From Cedecea neteri NBRC 105707 = ATCC 33855 (GTDB lineage: Bacteria > Pseudomonadota > Gammaproteobacteria > Enterobacterales > Enterobacteriaceae), in NCBI RefSeq assembly GCF_001571265.1, contig NZ_BCTL01000010.1:19478-43477 (forward strand): a stretch of 24,000 bases of DNA. Direction: 5' to 3'. Below the pieces are notes generated by a model, which was given only the letters and a program-made list of their open reading frames with translations, ran no database searches and was not told the DNA's origin. This document shows positions 8,968-16,678 of this stretch, piece after piece. A program made the position numbers and the translations under genes. Each line of letters begins with the position of its first letter. Within the stretch, counting starts at the first letter, position 1.

Positions 8968-9420
8968 TCATTTTTTGCCCAGCATGGCCTGCAGATCCTG
9001 CTTAAGCGTCGACATCTTGCTTTCCACCTTCTCTTTACGTTCCGCATCTTCAATCAGTTGAACAACCGTTTCCGAAAGCGTATTGCCGCGGCGCTGCGCA
9101 AGCCCGGCCAGACGCTGCCAGACAAGATACTCAAGATCGATGGATTTCTTGCGGGTATGCTGATGCTCAGCGTTAAAATGCCTTTTACGCCGTGCACGAA
9201 TCGTTTGCTTCATGCGGTTATGCAGCGCCGGGTTCATATGCTGATCAATCCAGCTCTGAACCAGAACCGGCACATTCTCCAGCGTCAGGAGCTGCTCTAC
9301 CGCCTCTTGGGCTGCGCTGGCCTCAATGTATCGCGTGATTAATTCTCCTTCGCGATGCTTCTTAACCAGATACTTCCACTTCCAGCCGCTCTCGAGATTT
9401 TCCAACTGTTGATATTTCAT
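8968..9420 (-). CDS. matP: macrodomain Ter organiser MatP
   Basis: The 150-aa ORF has an N-terminus [41 protein letters not shown] essentially identical to E. coli MatP. It also carries [23 protein letters not shown]. Confidence 0.95.
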   Translation of the reverse strand: MKYQQLENLESGWKWKYLVKKHREGELITRYIEASAAQEAVEQLLTLENVPVLVQSWIDQHMNPALHNRMKQTIRARRKRHFNAEHQHTRKKSIDLEYLVWQRLAGLAQRRGNTLSETVVQLIEDAERKEKVESKMSTLKQDLQAMLGKK

Positions 9421-9554
9421 TGTGATCTCAGTGTGACCGTGTAACTTAGTTCAGAATAACAGTTTTTCCGCCATTCGCTGAACTGAAAATCAAAGCTGTG
9501 AGAGGGATAAAACTGTGTTACTGCTTTATCCGTGTGCTACCCGAACGATTCTTG

Positions 9555-9560
9555 TATAAT
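9555..9560 (+). promoter_or_regulatory. candidate -10 hexamer (TATAAT) for ycbZ
   Basis: A perfect TATAAT lies 37 nt upstream of the homology-supported TTG start. The -35 is poor (TGTGCT). Its location inside the 9498-start ORF argues against that upstream start. Confidence 0.35.
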
Positions 9561-9596
9561 CGCGCCTTTGACATCTCATTAAAAAATATAGCGACT

Positions 9597-11351
9597 TTGA
9601 CGACTAATCGACTTGACTGGCGTGCCCTGGTGCCTGATACCGAAAGCTATCAGGAAATTTTTGCACAGCCTTATGATACCGACTCTGCCCCTCTTTCTGC
9701 GGTTCAACCTCGTTTAGTTTACGGGATTGAGCAACTCAACCTTTCCGTTTCTTCCGTCGACCTGATGCTAATAAAAGCACCGGAAGAGCAAGAATACCTG
9801 GACCTTATCGCTGCAGCCGTTGAAGCATCCCGCGATGAAGACGACGAGATTATCGGCGGACACTATCTCATTGAAGGTAGTCGGGTCACGCTGCGCCCGG
9901 CCGAGCACGCCGACGATAACTTTGCGTCTGGTGGAGAAGTGATTGCCGCTGACTGGATTGAACCAGAGCAACTGTTCGGCTGTGTCCGGCAGTTTGCGGG
10001 TGAGGTGTCGCTGGAGCCTGGCCTGATTCATCGCGTGAACGGCGGCGTCCTGGTGCTGTCGATGCGTAGCGTCCTTGCCCAGCCGCTGCTGTGGCTACGC
10101 CTGAAACAAATCATGACCCAGGGGCGTTTTGACTGGATTTCACCTGACGAAACTCGTCCATTGCCGGTAAAAATTCCGTCATTAGCGTTGGATTTCAAAC
10201 TGGTACTGGTTGGCGAGCGCGACTCGCTGGCAGATTTCCAGGAAATGGAGATGGATCTGGCCGCAGCCGCGATCTACGGTGAATTTGAAGATAATCTGCA
10301 AATTGCTTCTGCCGATGACATGGCGCTTTGGTGCCAGTGGATCTATGCCATTGCCGCCGAGAAGTCATTACCTGCCCCCGCAGCCGATGCCTGGCAACCG
10401 CTGATTCGTGAGGCCGTCCGCTACACGGGCGATCAGGAAATGCTGCCGCTCTGCCCTTCCTGGATTTCACGCCAGCTGCGCGAAGTCGCGCCGTTTACCG
10501 AAGAAGGCAGCTTTAACGCCGAACAGCTCCAGCAAATGCTCGTGCAGCGTGAATGGCGCGAAGGTTTCCTGGCCGAGCGCATGCAGGATGAAATCCTGAT
10601 GGAGCAAATCCTGATTGAAACCGAAGGCGAAATGGTCGGCCAGATCAACGCCCTGTCGGTCATTGAATTCCCCGGTCATCCACGGGCGTTTGGTGAGCCC
10701 TCCCGTATTAGCTGCGTGGTTCACGTAGGTGACGGGGAGTTTACAGACGTAGAGCGCAAGGCAGAACTCGGCGGTAACATTCATGCCAAAGGCATGATGA
10801 TCATGCAGGCATTCTTGATGTCTGAACTGCAGCTTGACCAGCAAATACCGTTTTCTGCATCCATAACATTCGAGCAATCTTACAGCGAAGTTGACGGCGA
10901 TAGCGCCTCCATGGCTGAGCTTTGTGCCCTGATAAGCGCCCTGGCTAACGTTCCGATTTATCAGCATATCGCAATCACTGGCTCTGTGGATCAGTTTGGT
11001 CGCGTGCAGCCTGTTGGCGGCCTGAATGAAAAGGTGGAAGGCTTTTTCCGTATTTGTCAGCAGCGTGAGTTTAGCGGCGTTCAAGGAGTCATTATTCCTT
11101 TAGCGAACGTGCGTCACCTGTCGCTGCATAAAGATGTACTGGAGGCCGTCGAGCAAAATAAATTCTCGATTTGGGCCATTGACGACGTGGCTGATGCCCT
11201 GCCGTTATTGACCAATCTCCCGTGGGATGGCGAAGGGCAAAACACCCTGATGCGTGCGGTGCAAGAGCGTATTGCTCAGGCTTCGGCGCCGGATGTTCGC
11301 CAGCGCTTTCCGTGGCCGCTACGCTGGCTCAACTGGTTCAACCACAACTGA
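9597..11351 (+). CDS. ycbZ: Lon-like S16 peptidase family protein YcbZ (LonH)
   Basis: It aligns by eye with E. coli YcbZ from its first residues (MTxxxLxWRxLVPDTxSYQEIFAQP) to the C-terminus (RFPWPLRWLNWF). The C-terminal Lon proteolytic domain has the Ser motif DGDSASMAELCALISAL and the Lys motif GGLNEKVEGFF. The aligned start codon is a TTG at 9597, and there is no in-frame ATG before residue ~89, so the start is uncertain (alternatives: GTG 9498/9534, TTG 9552). Confidence 0.85.
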   Translation: MTTNRLDWRALVPDTESYQEIFAQPYDTDSAPLSAVQPRLVYGIEQLNLSVSSVDLMLIKAPEEQEYLDLIAAAVEASRDEDDEIIGGHYLIEGSRVTLRPAEHADDNFASGGEVIAADWIEPEQLFGCVRQFAGEVSLEPGLIHRVNGGVLVLSMRSVLAQPLLWLRLKQIMTQGRFDWISPDETRPLPVKIPSLALDFKLVLVGERDSLADFQEMEMDLAAAAIYGEFEDNLQIASADDMALWCQWIYAIAAEKSLPAPAADAWQPLIREAVRYTGDQEMLPLCPSWISRQLREVAPFTEEGSFNAEQLQQMLVQREWREGFLAERMQDEILMEQILIETEGEMVGQINALSVIEFPGHPRAFGEPSRISCVVHVGDGEFTDVERKAELGGNIHAKGMMIMQAFLMSELQLDQQIPFSASITFEQSYSEVDGDSASMAELCALISALANVPIYQHIAITGSVDQFGRVQPVGGLNEKVEGFFRICQQREFSGVQGVIIPLANVRHLSLHKDVLEAVEQNKFSIWAIDDVADALPLLTNLPWDGEGQNTLMRAVQERIAQASAPDVRQRFPWPLRWLNWFNHN

Positions 11352-11381
11352 TCGGACTTGTTGAGCGTACACGTGTTAGCT
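11346..11381 (+). promoter_or_regulatory. fabA operators: FadR site (AACTGATCGGACTTGTT) followed by the FabR palindrome (AGCGTACACGTGTTAGCT)
   Basis: Both elements are almost identical to the E. coli fabA control region as I recall it. The FadR site (11346-11362) overlaps the ycbZ stop codon (11349-11351). The FabR site is 11364-11381. Confidence 0.55.
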
Positions 11382-11419
11382 AACCTGCGTGCTTCATTAT
11401 AAAAAGGCTTACTGTAGAC

Positions 11420-11938
11420 ATGGTAGATAAACGCGAATCCTATACGAAAGAAGATCTTCTTGCCTCAGGGCGTGGCGAACTGTTTGGTGCTGAAGGCCCG
11501 CAGTTACCTGCACCTTCCATGCTGATGATGGACCGCGTAGTCAAGATGACCGAGGACGGCGGTAACTTTGATAAAGGTTACGTGGAAGCCGAGCTGGATA
11601 TTAACCCAGACCTGTGGTTCTTTGGTTGCCACTTCATTGGCGACCCGGTGATGCCTGGTTGCCTGGGCCTGGATGCCATGTGGCAGCTGGTCGGTTTCTA
11701 TCTCGGCTGGCTTGGCGGCGAAGGTAAAGGCCGCGCGCTGGGCGTAGGCGAAGTGAAATTTACCGGCCAGGTTCTTCCTACCGCGAAGAAAGTCACCTAC
11801 CGTATTCATTTCAAACGTGTTGTGAATCGCCGCCTGATCATGGGCCTGGCTGACGGTGAAGTACTGGTTGATGGCCGTGTGATCTACACCGCGACCGATC
11901 TGAAAGTGGGTCTTTTCAAAGACACTTCTGCTTTCTAA
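11420..11938 (+). CDS. fabA: 3-hydroxydecanoyl-ACP dehydratase/isomerase
   Basis: The 172-aa ORF is the same length as E. coli FabA and nearly identical to it: [23 protein letters not shown], plus the active-site region [31 protein letters not shown]. Confidence 0.97.
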   Translation: MVDKRESYTKEDLLASGRGELFGAEGPQLPAPSMLMMDRVVKMTEDGGNFDKGYVEAELDINPDLWFFGCHFIGDPVMPGCLGLDAMWQLVGFYLGWLGGEGKGRALGVGEVKFTGQVLPTAKKVTYRIHFKRVVNRRLIMGLADGEVLVDGRVIYTATDLKVGLFKDTSAF

Positions 11939-11963
11939 TACAGTACAATTTAGCTTCATCACG

Positions 11964-11996
11964 AAAGCATCCATTGTGAACAATGGATGCTTTTTT
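11964..11996 (+). terminator. fabA Rho-independent terminator
   Basis: A 10-bp perfect stem GCATCCATTG/CAATGGATGC with a TGAA loop is followed by T6 and preceded by AAA. Confidence 0.88.
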
Positions 11997-12170
11997 GTTT
12001 CTGTCGTCAGCCTGGATTACGCTTTCCTGCCGTGGTTTTTATGGTGTTAATTGCTTAAACAACGTTCGAAATCACAAATCGTGAAGATAAAAAACGCCCC
12101 CTCTTGCCTGAAAAACGTTATGCGTTATGTTGATTTTTAGTTTCTCAAATGTAACTAGAGGTTAACAATA

Positions 12171-13259
12171 ATGTCGAATAAGTTACGTATATCTTGCCTT
12201 GCTTCTGCCGTGCTGCTCTCTACCTCCGCGTTTTCTGCTGTGCCTCAGGGCTATCCGGCGGATTATCAAAAAATCATCGATGCAGCGACCAAAGAAGGTA
12301 AAGTGGTGCTCTACTCCACCACCGACACCAAAACCGCCTCGCCGCTGATTCAAGGCTTTGAGGCCGCATATCCGGGCATCAAAGTAGAATATAACGACAT
12401 GAACAGCACCGAGCTGTACAACCGTTATATCAGCGAGCAGGCCGCCGGCGGCACCAGCGGCGATGTGGTCTGGAGCTCTTCGATGGACACTGCCCTGAAG
12501 CTCGCCACCGACTATGCCCAGGAGTACAAATCCCCCGAGCAAGGCCAGTTGCCTAAGTGGGCGGTATGGAAAGACAAGGCGTACGGCACCACCTACGAGC
12601 CGGTTATTTTTATCTACAACAAACGCCTGATCCCAGCCAATGAAGTGCCTGACAGCCACGAGGCGCTGGCGAAACTCATCTCCAGCCAGCCGGATAAATT
12701 CAGCAAAAAAGTCACCACTTACGATATCGAAAAATCCGGTCTTGGCTTTATGCTTTCCGTTCAGGACTACAAGGCCGACCCAAACTACTTCAAAACTCTG
12801 GCCGCTGTGGCTAAAGGCGGCCTTTCGGTCCAGTCCTCAACCGGGACGATGATGGAGCGAGTTTCCTCTGGCGAGAACCTGATTGGCTTCAACATCCTGG
12901 GCTCCTACGCAGAAGCACGCGCCAAAACGGATACCTCTCTCGGTATTGCCTACCCGAAGGACTATACCCTGGTGCTGTCACGCGTCTCCTTTATCAGCAG
13001 TGAAGCCAAAAATAGCAACGCGGCGAAGCTGTGGATTGACTACGTGCTGTCTGAGAAAGGGCAAAGCATCCTCGCAAACCAGGCTGATATTCCGTCTATT
13101 CGCAATGATATCGACGGTGACAACGACATCGACGGTATGACTAAAAAGCTCGGCAACGCCCTGAAGCCGATCCCAGTTGATGAAACACTGCTGGAATACC
13201 TGCAGCAGAAAAAACGTCTGGACTACATCAAGCAGTGGCGCGAAGCCGCCGCGAAATAA
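12171..13259 (+). CDS. ABC transporter periplasmic substrate-binding protein (Fbp/Afu/Sfu-like family, substrate unassigned)
   Basis: The 362-aa ORF has a GAGG SD 8 nt upstream and the signal peptide MSNKLRISCLASAVLLSTSAFSA|VP. The N-terminal pattern (G)KVVLYSTTD...IQGFEAAYPGIKVEY...GDVVWSS is typical of COG1840-type ferric/polyamine-class binding proteins. It is the first gene of an SBP-permease-ATPase operon. Confidence 0.85.
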   Translation: MSNKLRISCLASAVLLSTSAFSAVPQGYPADYQKIIDAATKEGKVVLYSTTDTKTASPLIQGFEAAYPGIKVEYNDMNSTELYNRYISEQAAGGTSGDVVWSSSMDTALKLATDYAQEYKSPEQGQLPKWAVWKDKAYGTTYEPVIFIYNKRLIPANEVPDSHEALAKLISSQPDKFSKKVTTYDIEKSGLGFMLSVQDYKADPNYFKTLAAVAKGGLSVQSSTGTMMERVSSGENLIGFNILGSYAEARAKTDTSLGIAYPKDYTLVLSRVSFISSEAKNSNAAKLWIDYVLSEKGQSILANQADIPSIRNDIDGDNDIDGMTKKLGNALKPIPVDETLLEYLQQKKRLDYIKQWREAAAK

Positions 13260-13268
13260 TCCTCTGAT

Positions 13269-13293
13269 GAGGCGCACCATCCGGCTGCGCCTC
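13269..13293 (+). other. intercistronic stem-loop between the SBP and permease genes
   Basis: A perfect 8-bp stem GAGGCGCA (13269-13276)/TGCGCCTC (13286-13293) with a 9-nt loop starts 10 nt after the SBP stop. It has no U-tract, so it is not a classical terminator. Confidence 0.5.
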
Positions 13294-13347
13294 ACTTAAC
13301 CCGAACACATTAGGCTATTCAGGCTTACTGACCTGAGGGATCGTTAC

Positions 13348-15117
13348 ATGGATGCATTACGCAGAAAGTGGCAGAGCCTGCCGCGCGGCATCGTGGTGCT
13401 GATAACTGCGCTGGTTATCTATATTCCGCTGTCGTTTATCGTTATACAGAGTTTTCTCTCGGCCCCGTTCTTCTCGCCGTCGAAAGAGTGGAGCCTTGAG
13501 TCCTTTGAGTTTATCTTCACCGACTCCGATTTTTACCTGGCGCTGAAAAGCGGTTTTATTCTGGCTTTTGGCCTGGTGATTATTGCCATCCCGCTGGGTG
13601 GCATCCTGGCCTTCTTGATGGTTCGTACCGACCTGCCTGGCAGGCGGATCATTGAGCCGCTGATTCTGGTACCTATCTTCGTATCTCCTATGGTGCTGGG
13701 ATTCGGCTACGTGGTGGCCGCTGGCCCGGTTGGCTTTTTCTCCCTGTGGGCGCAGTCGCTGCTCGGCTTCGTGCCGTGGAATATCTACGACATGTCGAGC
13801 ATCGTGGTGATTGCCGGCCTGACGCACGTTCCGCATGCTTATCTCTACATCTCCTCGGCGCTGCGCAGCGTAGGGTCTGATGTGGAAGAAGCGGCCCGTA
13901 CCGCAGGCGCAACGCCGCTTCAGGTCATGACCGCCGTCAGTCTGCCGATGGTGCGCCCGGCGATGCTTTACGCCACCGTGCTGCTGTTCTTCCTCGGGCT
14001 GGAAGTTTTCGGCCTGATGCTCGTGCTGGGCGATCCGGAAGGCAATATGGTGCTAGCGACCTACCTCTACAAGCTCACCAATAAGCTCGGCACGCCTTCT
14101 TATCACCTGATGGCTGCCGTCGCCGTGGTGCTGATTTGTATCACTATTCCGCTGGTCATGCTGCAACGCCGCCTGATGCGCACCGCGAACCGCTTTGTAA
14201 CCGTCAAAGGCAAAGCCTCCCAGGCGCGAGCCTTGCCGCTCGGGAAATGGCGTTGGGTCGCAGGTGCAGTCGTGGCGTTCTGGCTGACCGTTACCATCGG
14301 TGTACCACTGATTGGCGTTATCCTTCGTTCCTTTATTTCCAACTGGGGCGTGGGCGTTTCGCTGTGGGATGAGCTGTCGCTCAATACCTTCCGCACTATC
14401 TGGGAACAGCCCAACCTGCTGCGGGCCATCGTCAACTCTATGGCGATTGGCGTCATCGGCGGTGCGCTGGCGGTGGTCTGCTACCTGTTTATCGGCATCG
14501 CTATGCACAGAAAGCCGGATAACGTCACTCGTTTCTTAGACTACAGCGTGCTGGTACCCCGTGCCGTGCCTGGTCTACTGGCCGGTCTGGCCTTCCTGTG
14601 GGTGTTCTTATTCCTACCAATGTGGCTCGATAACGCGCTGAAATCCGGCTGGCTTTCCGGTATGCCGTGGTCCCAGTGGCTGCGGGATAACCTTATCGTC
14701 TGGCTGCGCTCGCTGCGCAGCACGATATTCAGCGTCTGGCTGGCCTATACCGTCGTGTGGATGGCCTATGGCCTGCGCCTTATCTCGTCTACCCTGCTGC
14801 AGGTTGGGCCGGAGCTGGAAGAAGCTGCCCGCAGCACCGGGGCAAGCCGCGGACAGATTACCCGTCACGTCACCATCCCACTGTCGCGCTACGGCCTGAT
14901 TGGCTCCTGGCTGCTGATGTTCCTGATCTTTGAGCGTGAATATTCCACCGGCGTCTACCTGCTTTCGCCCGGCACGGAAACCATCGGTTCCATGCTGGTT
15001 TCGCTGTGGGCTGCAGGCGCCATCGATATTGTCGCCGCACTTTCCTTTATCAATATTCTGTTCGTGGTGTTAGGGCTCGGCATTGCCCTTCGTTTTGGAG
15101 TGAAATTACATGATTGA
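13348..15117 (+). CDS. ABC transporter permease, fused two-domain type (FbpB/AfuB/ThiP-like)
   Basis: The 589-aa polytopic ORF has a GAGGGA SD. It carries two copies of the EAA loop (EEAARTAGATPLQVMTAVSLPMVRP and EEAARSTGASRGQITRHVTIPL), showing an internally duplicated transmembrane domain as in COG1178 permeases. Confidence 0.88.
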   Translation: MDALRRKWQSLPRGIVVLITALVIYIPLSFIVIQSFLSAPFFSPSKEWSLESFEFIFTDSDFYLALKSGFILAFGLVIIAIPLGGILAFLMVRTDLPGRRIIEPLILVPIFVSPMVLGFGYVVAAGPVGFFSLWAQSLLGFVPWNIYDMSSIVVIAGLTHVPHAYLYISSALRSVGSDVEEAARTAGATPLQVMTAVSLPMVRPAMLYATVLLFFLGLEVFGLMLVLGDPEGNMVLATYLYKLTNKLGTPSYHLMAAVAVVLICITIPLVMLQRRLMRTANRFVTVKGKASQARALPLGKWRWVAGAVVAFWLTVTIGVPLIGVILRSFISNWGVGVSLWDELSLNTFRTIWEQPNLLRAIVNSMAIGVIGGALAVVCYLFIGIAMHRKPDNVTRFLDYSVLVPRAVPGLLAGLAFLWVFLFLPMWLDNALKSGWLSGMPWSQWLRDNLIVWLRSLRSTIFSVWLAYTVVWMAYGLRLISSTLLQVGPELEEAARSTGASRGQITRHVTIPLSRYGLIGSWLLMFLIFEREYSTGVYLLSPGTETIGSMLVSLWAAGAIDIVAALSFINILFVVLGLGIALRFGVKLHD

Positions 15118-16180
15118 GTTATCGGTCGAGAACCTGCACTTAACCTACGGCGACAACCCGGTGCTGAAAGGCGTTTCCATGGATCTCAAACGCGGTGAGG
15201 TCGTCTCACTGCTTGGTCCTTCCGGCAGCGGCAAAACCACGCTGCTACGCGCCGTCGCCGGGCTGGAAAAGCCCACCCAGGGCACTATTGTTATCGGCAA
15301 AAGCAACGTTTACGACGGTGCGTCCCGTAAAGAGATCCCAGCGGAGGAACGTAACCTGGGGCTGGTATTCCAGTCTTATGCCCTGTGGCCGCATAAAACC
15401 GTCTTTGAAAATGTCGCTTACCCGCTAAAGCTGCGTAAAGTGGCGACGGCGGAAATCAACCAGCGGGTGCAGGCGGTTCTGGATCAGCTGGGCCTGGGGC
15501 ACCTCGGCCAGCGCCATCCTTATCAGCTTTCCGGCGGGCAGCAGCAGCGCGTGGCCATTGGCCGGGCGCTGGTTTATAACCCACCGGTGATTTTGCTGGA
15601 CGAGCCGCTATCCAATCTGGATGCGAAGCTGCGCGAAGAAGCGCGCGTCTTCCTGAGGGAATTGATTATCAAGCTTGGGCTGTCGGCGTTAATGGTCACC
15701 CACGATCAGAACGAAGCGATGGCGATTTCCGACCGTATCCTGCTGCTCAATAACGGCAAAATCGAGCAGCAGGGAACGCCGCAGGAGATGTATGGCTCGC
15801 CGCAAACGCTCTTTACCGCCGAGTTTATGGGCAGCAACAACCGTCTGAACGGCAAGGTGACCGAGGTTCGCGACGGCAAAGCGCGTATCGAAGGCAGCGA
15901 CTGGGCGCTTTGGGGCAAAGCAGGCGCTGGCGTAGTTGCCGGGCAGGAAGGTACAGCCGTGATTCGCGTTGAGCGCGTCCGTATTGCAGACCAGCCGGGA
16001 GAAAACGGCATGACGCTGCCGCTGTTGACCAGCATGTATTTAGGCGACCGTTGGGAGTATTTATTCCGTACCGCGGGGGATGATTTCGTTATCCGCGCCT
16101 ACGGCAATGAAATGCGTGATGCTCAACCGCATCATCTACAGCTGCCCGAACAGCACGTCTGGATTTTCCCTAAACCCTGA
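15110..16180 (+). CDS. ABC transporter ATP-binding protein with C-terminal TOBE-like domain (FbpC/PotA-like)
   Basis: It has Walker A GPSGSGKTT, Q-loop VFQSYALWPH, signature LSGGQQQRVAIGRAL, Walker B VILLDEPLSNLD and H-loop MVTHDQ. A ~110-aa C-terminal extension is present. Its start overlaps the permease stop by 8 nt (ATGATTGA), and GGAG lies upstream. Confidence 0.92.
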   Translation: MIELSVENLHLTYGDNPVLKGVSMDLKRGEVVSLLGPSGSGKTTLLRAVAGLEKPTQGTIVIGKSNVYDGASRKEIPAEERNLGLVFQSYALWPHKTVFENVAYPLKLRKVATAEINQRVQAVLDQLGLGHLGQRHPYQLSGGQQQRVAIGRALVYNPPVILLDEPLSNLDAKLREEARVFLRELIIKLGLSALMVTHDQNEAMAISDRILLLNNGKIEQQGTPQEMYGSPQTLFTAEFMGSNNRLNGKVTEVRDGKARIEGSDWALWGKAGAGVVAGQEGTAVIRVERVRIADQPGENGMTLPLLTSMYLGDRWEYLFRTAGDDFVIRAYGNEMRDAQPHHLQLPEQHVWIFPKP

Positions 16181-16206
16181 TTGATTTTACAAAGGTCCAA
16201 AAAGGC

Positions 16207-16236
16207 GAAACCTCCGCACGGCGGAGGTTTCTTTTT
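16207..16236. terminator. bidirectional terminator shared by the ABC operon and rmf
   Basis: GAAACCTCCGC-ACG-GCGGAGGTTTC forms an 11-bp stem followed by TTTTT on the plus strand. An A5 run lies upstream, giving a GCCTTTTT tract for the minus-strand rmf transcript. Confidence 0.85.
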
Positions 16237-16251
16237 CTAAAGAGACAGTGA

Positions 16252-16419
16252 TTACGCAGTAACCGCCCTGTCTTCCATGGCTTCTCGCCAGCCTCCCATC
16301 CAATAGGACCTCTGATTCAGAGTCTGATATGGACAAATCTCTTTTGAGCGTCCGGCGATGCCTGCTTGATAACCACGTTGATGTGCCCGTTCCAGGCGAT
16401 CTCGTTTTTGTCTCTTCAT
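16252..16419 (-). CDS. rmf: ribosome modulation factor
   Basis: It is not in the ORF track because it is under 60 aa. The minus-strand translation is MKRQKRDRLERAHQRGYQAGIAGRSKEICPYQTLNQRSYWMGGWREAMEDRAVTA (55 aa, TAA stop). This matches E. coli RMF (MKRQKRDRLERAHQRGYQAGIAGRSKEMCPYQTLNQRSQWLGGWREAM...) and sits in the K-12 position downstream of pqiC. Confidence 0.92.
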   Translation of the reverse strand: MKRQKRDRLERAHQRGYQAGIAGRSKEICPYQTLNQRSYWMGGWREAMEDRAVTA

Positions 16420-16490
16420 GCCTCGTTTCCCTCATTACATTGTCTGGTGGAAAAGAAAACAGTGATTACAAAATGTGCAACCACGGATAA

Positions 16491-16519
16491 GCAATAACGC
16501 GAAATCCGAAGAGCGTCAA
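16491..16519 (-). promoter_or_regulatory. candidate rmf promoter (-35 TTGACG, -10 TATTGC on the minus strand)
   Basis: Minus-strand TTGACG (plus 16514-16519) is followed by a 17-nt spacer and TATTGC (plus 16491-16496), about 70 nt upstream of the rmf ATG. This is a pattern match only. Confidence 0.3.
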
Positions 16520-16608
16520 TGCGCAAAATTCACGCCAATGTCATATTTCTTCGCTATTCTGGTTATCTTTTCGACAAAAATTCAGGCGGTCCTGCGGCTA
16601 ACCGGTTC

Positions 16609-16660
16609 ACAAAAAAAGAAAAGCTGCGACCACCCGATGGTGAATATCGCAGCTTTTTTG
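16609..16660 (-). terminator. pqiABC operon terminator
   Basis: The 9-bp stem AAGCTGCGA (16621-16629)/TCGCAGCTT (16647-16655) has an inner CACC/GGTG pairing. On the minus strand it is followed by TTCTTTTTTTG, 20-odd nt after the pqiC stop. Confidence 0.75.
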
Positions 16661-16678
16661 TACCAATCATTTTACCTA

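Noticed and set aside
9433-9445. matS-like 13-mer GTGACCGTGTAAC, 13 nt upstream of the matP start codon, which could suggest MatP autoregulation
   Set aside because: It has two mismatches to the matS consensus GTGACRNYGTCAC, one of them in the conserved right arm. By rough estimate, a match of this quality is expected about once by chance in a window of this size. I know of no reported MatP autoregulation. It is worth a PSSM check but is not supportable from sequence alone.
10467-11983. Minus-strand ORFs of 205 aa (10467-11084) and 159 aa (11504-11983)
   Set aside because: They are antisense to ycbZ and fabA respectively, and the second runs through the fabA terminator. Neither has an SD or conserved motifs. 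I treat both as shadow ORFs.
11998-12170. Search for a Fur box upstream of the Fbp-like ABC operon
   Set aside because: By eye, nothing resembles GATAATGATAATCATTATC or three NATWAT hexamers, so I did not annotate iron regulation. A PSSM scan is needed to be sure.
13357-14868. Several minus-strand and plus-strand ORFs of 60-160 aa inside the ABC permease gene
   Set aside because: All are nested in or antisense to the permease. Their R/P/H/Q-rich translations are typical of out-of-frame reading of GC-rich membrane-protein genes.
16187-16435. 82-aa minus-strand ORF from the track
   Set aside because: It overlaps rmf in a different frame, and its product (MRETRHEETKTRSPG...) has no homology that I recognise. 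The 55-aa frame gives a near-perfect RMF sequence, so that frame is the real gene.
16596-16611. CRP-like half-site (GGCTA-ACCGGT-TCACA) far upstream of rmf
   Set aside because: Only one half-site matches, and it overlaps the flank of the pqiC terminator ~190 nt from the rmf ATG. That is insufficient to call a CRP site, even though rmf is known to be cAMP-CRP responsive in E. coli.
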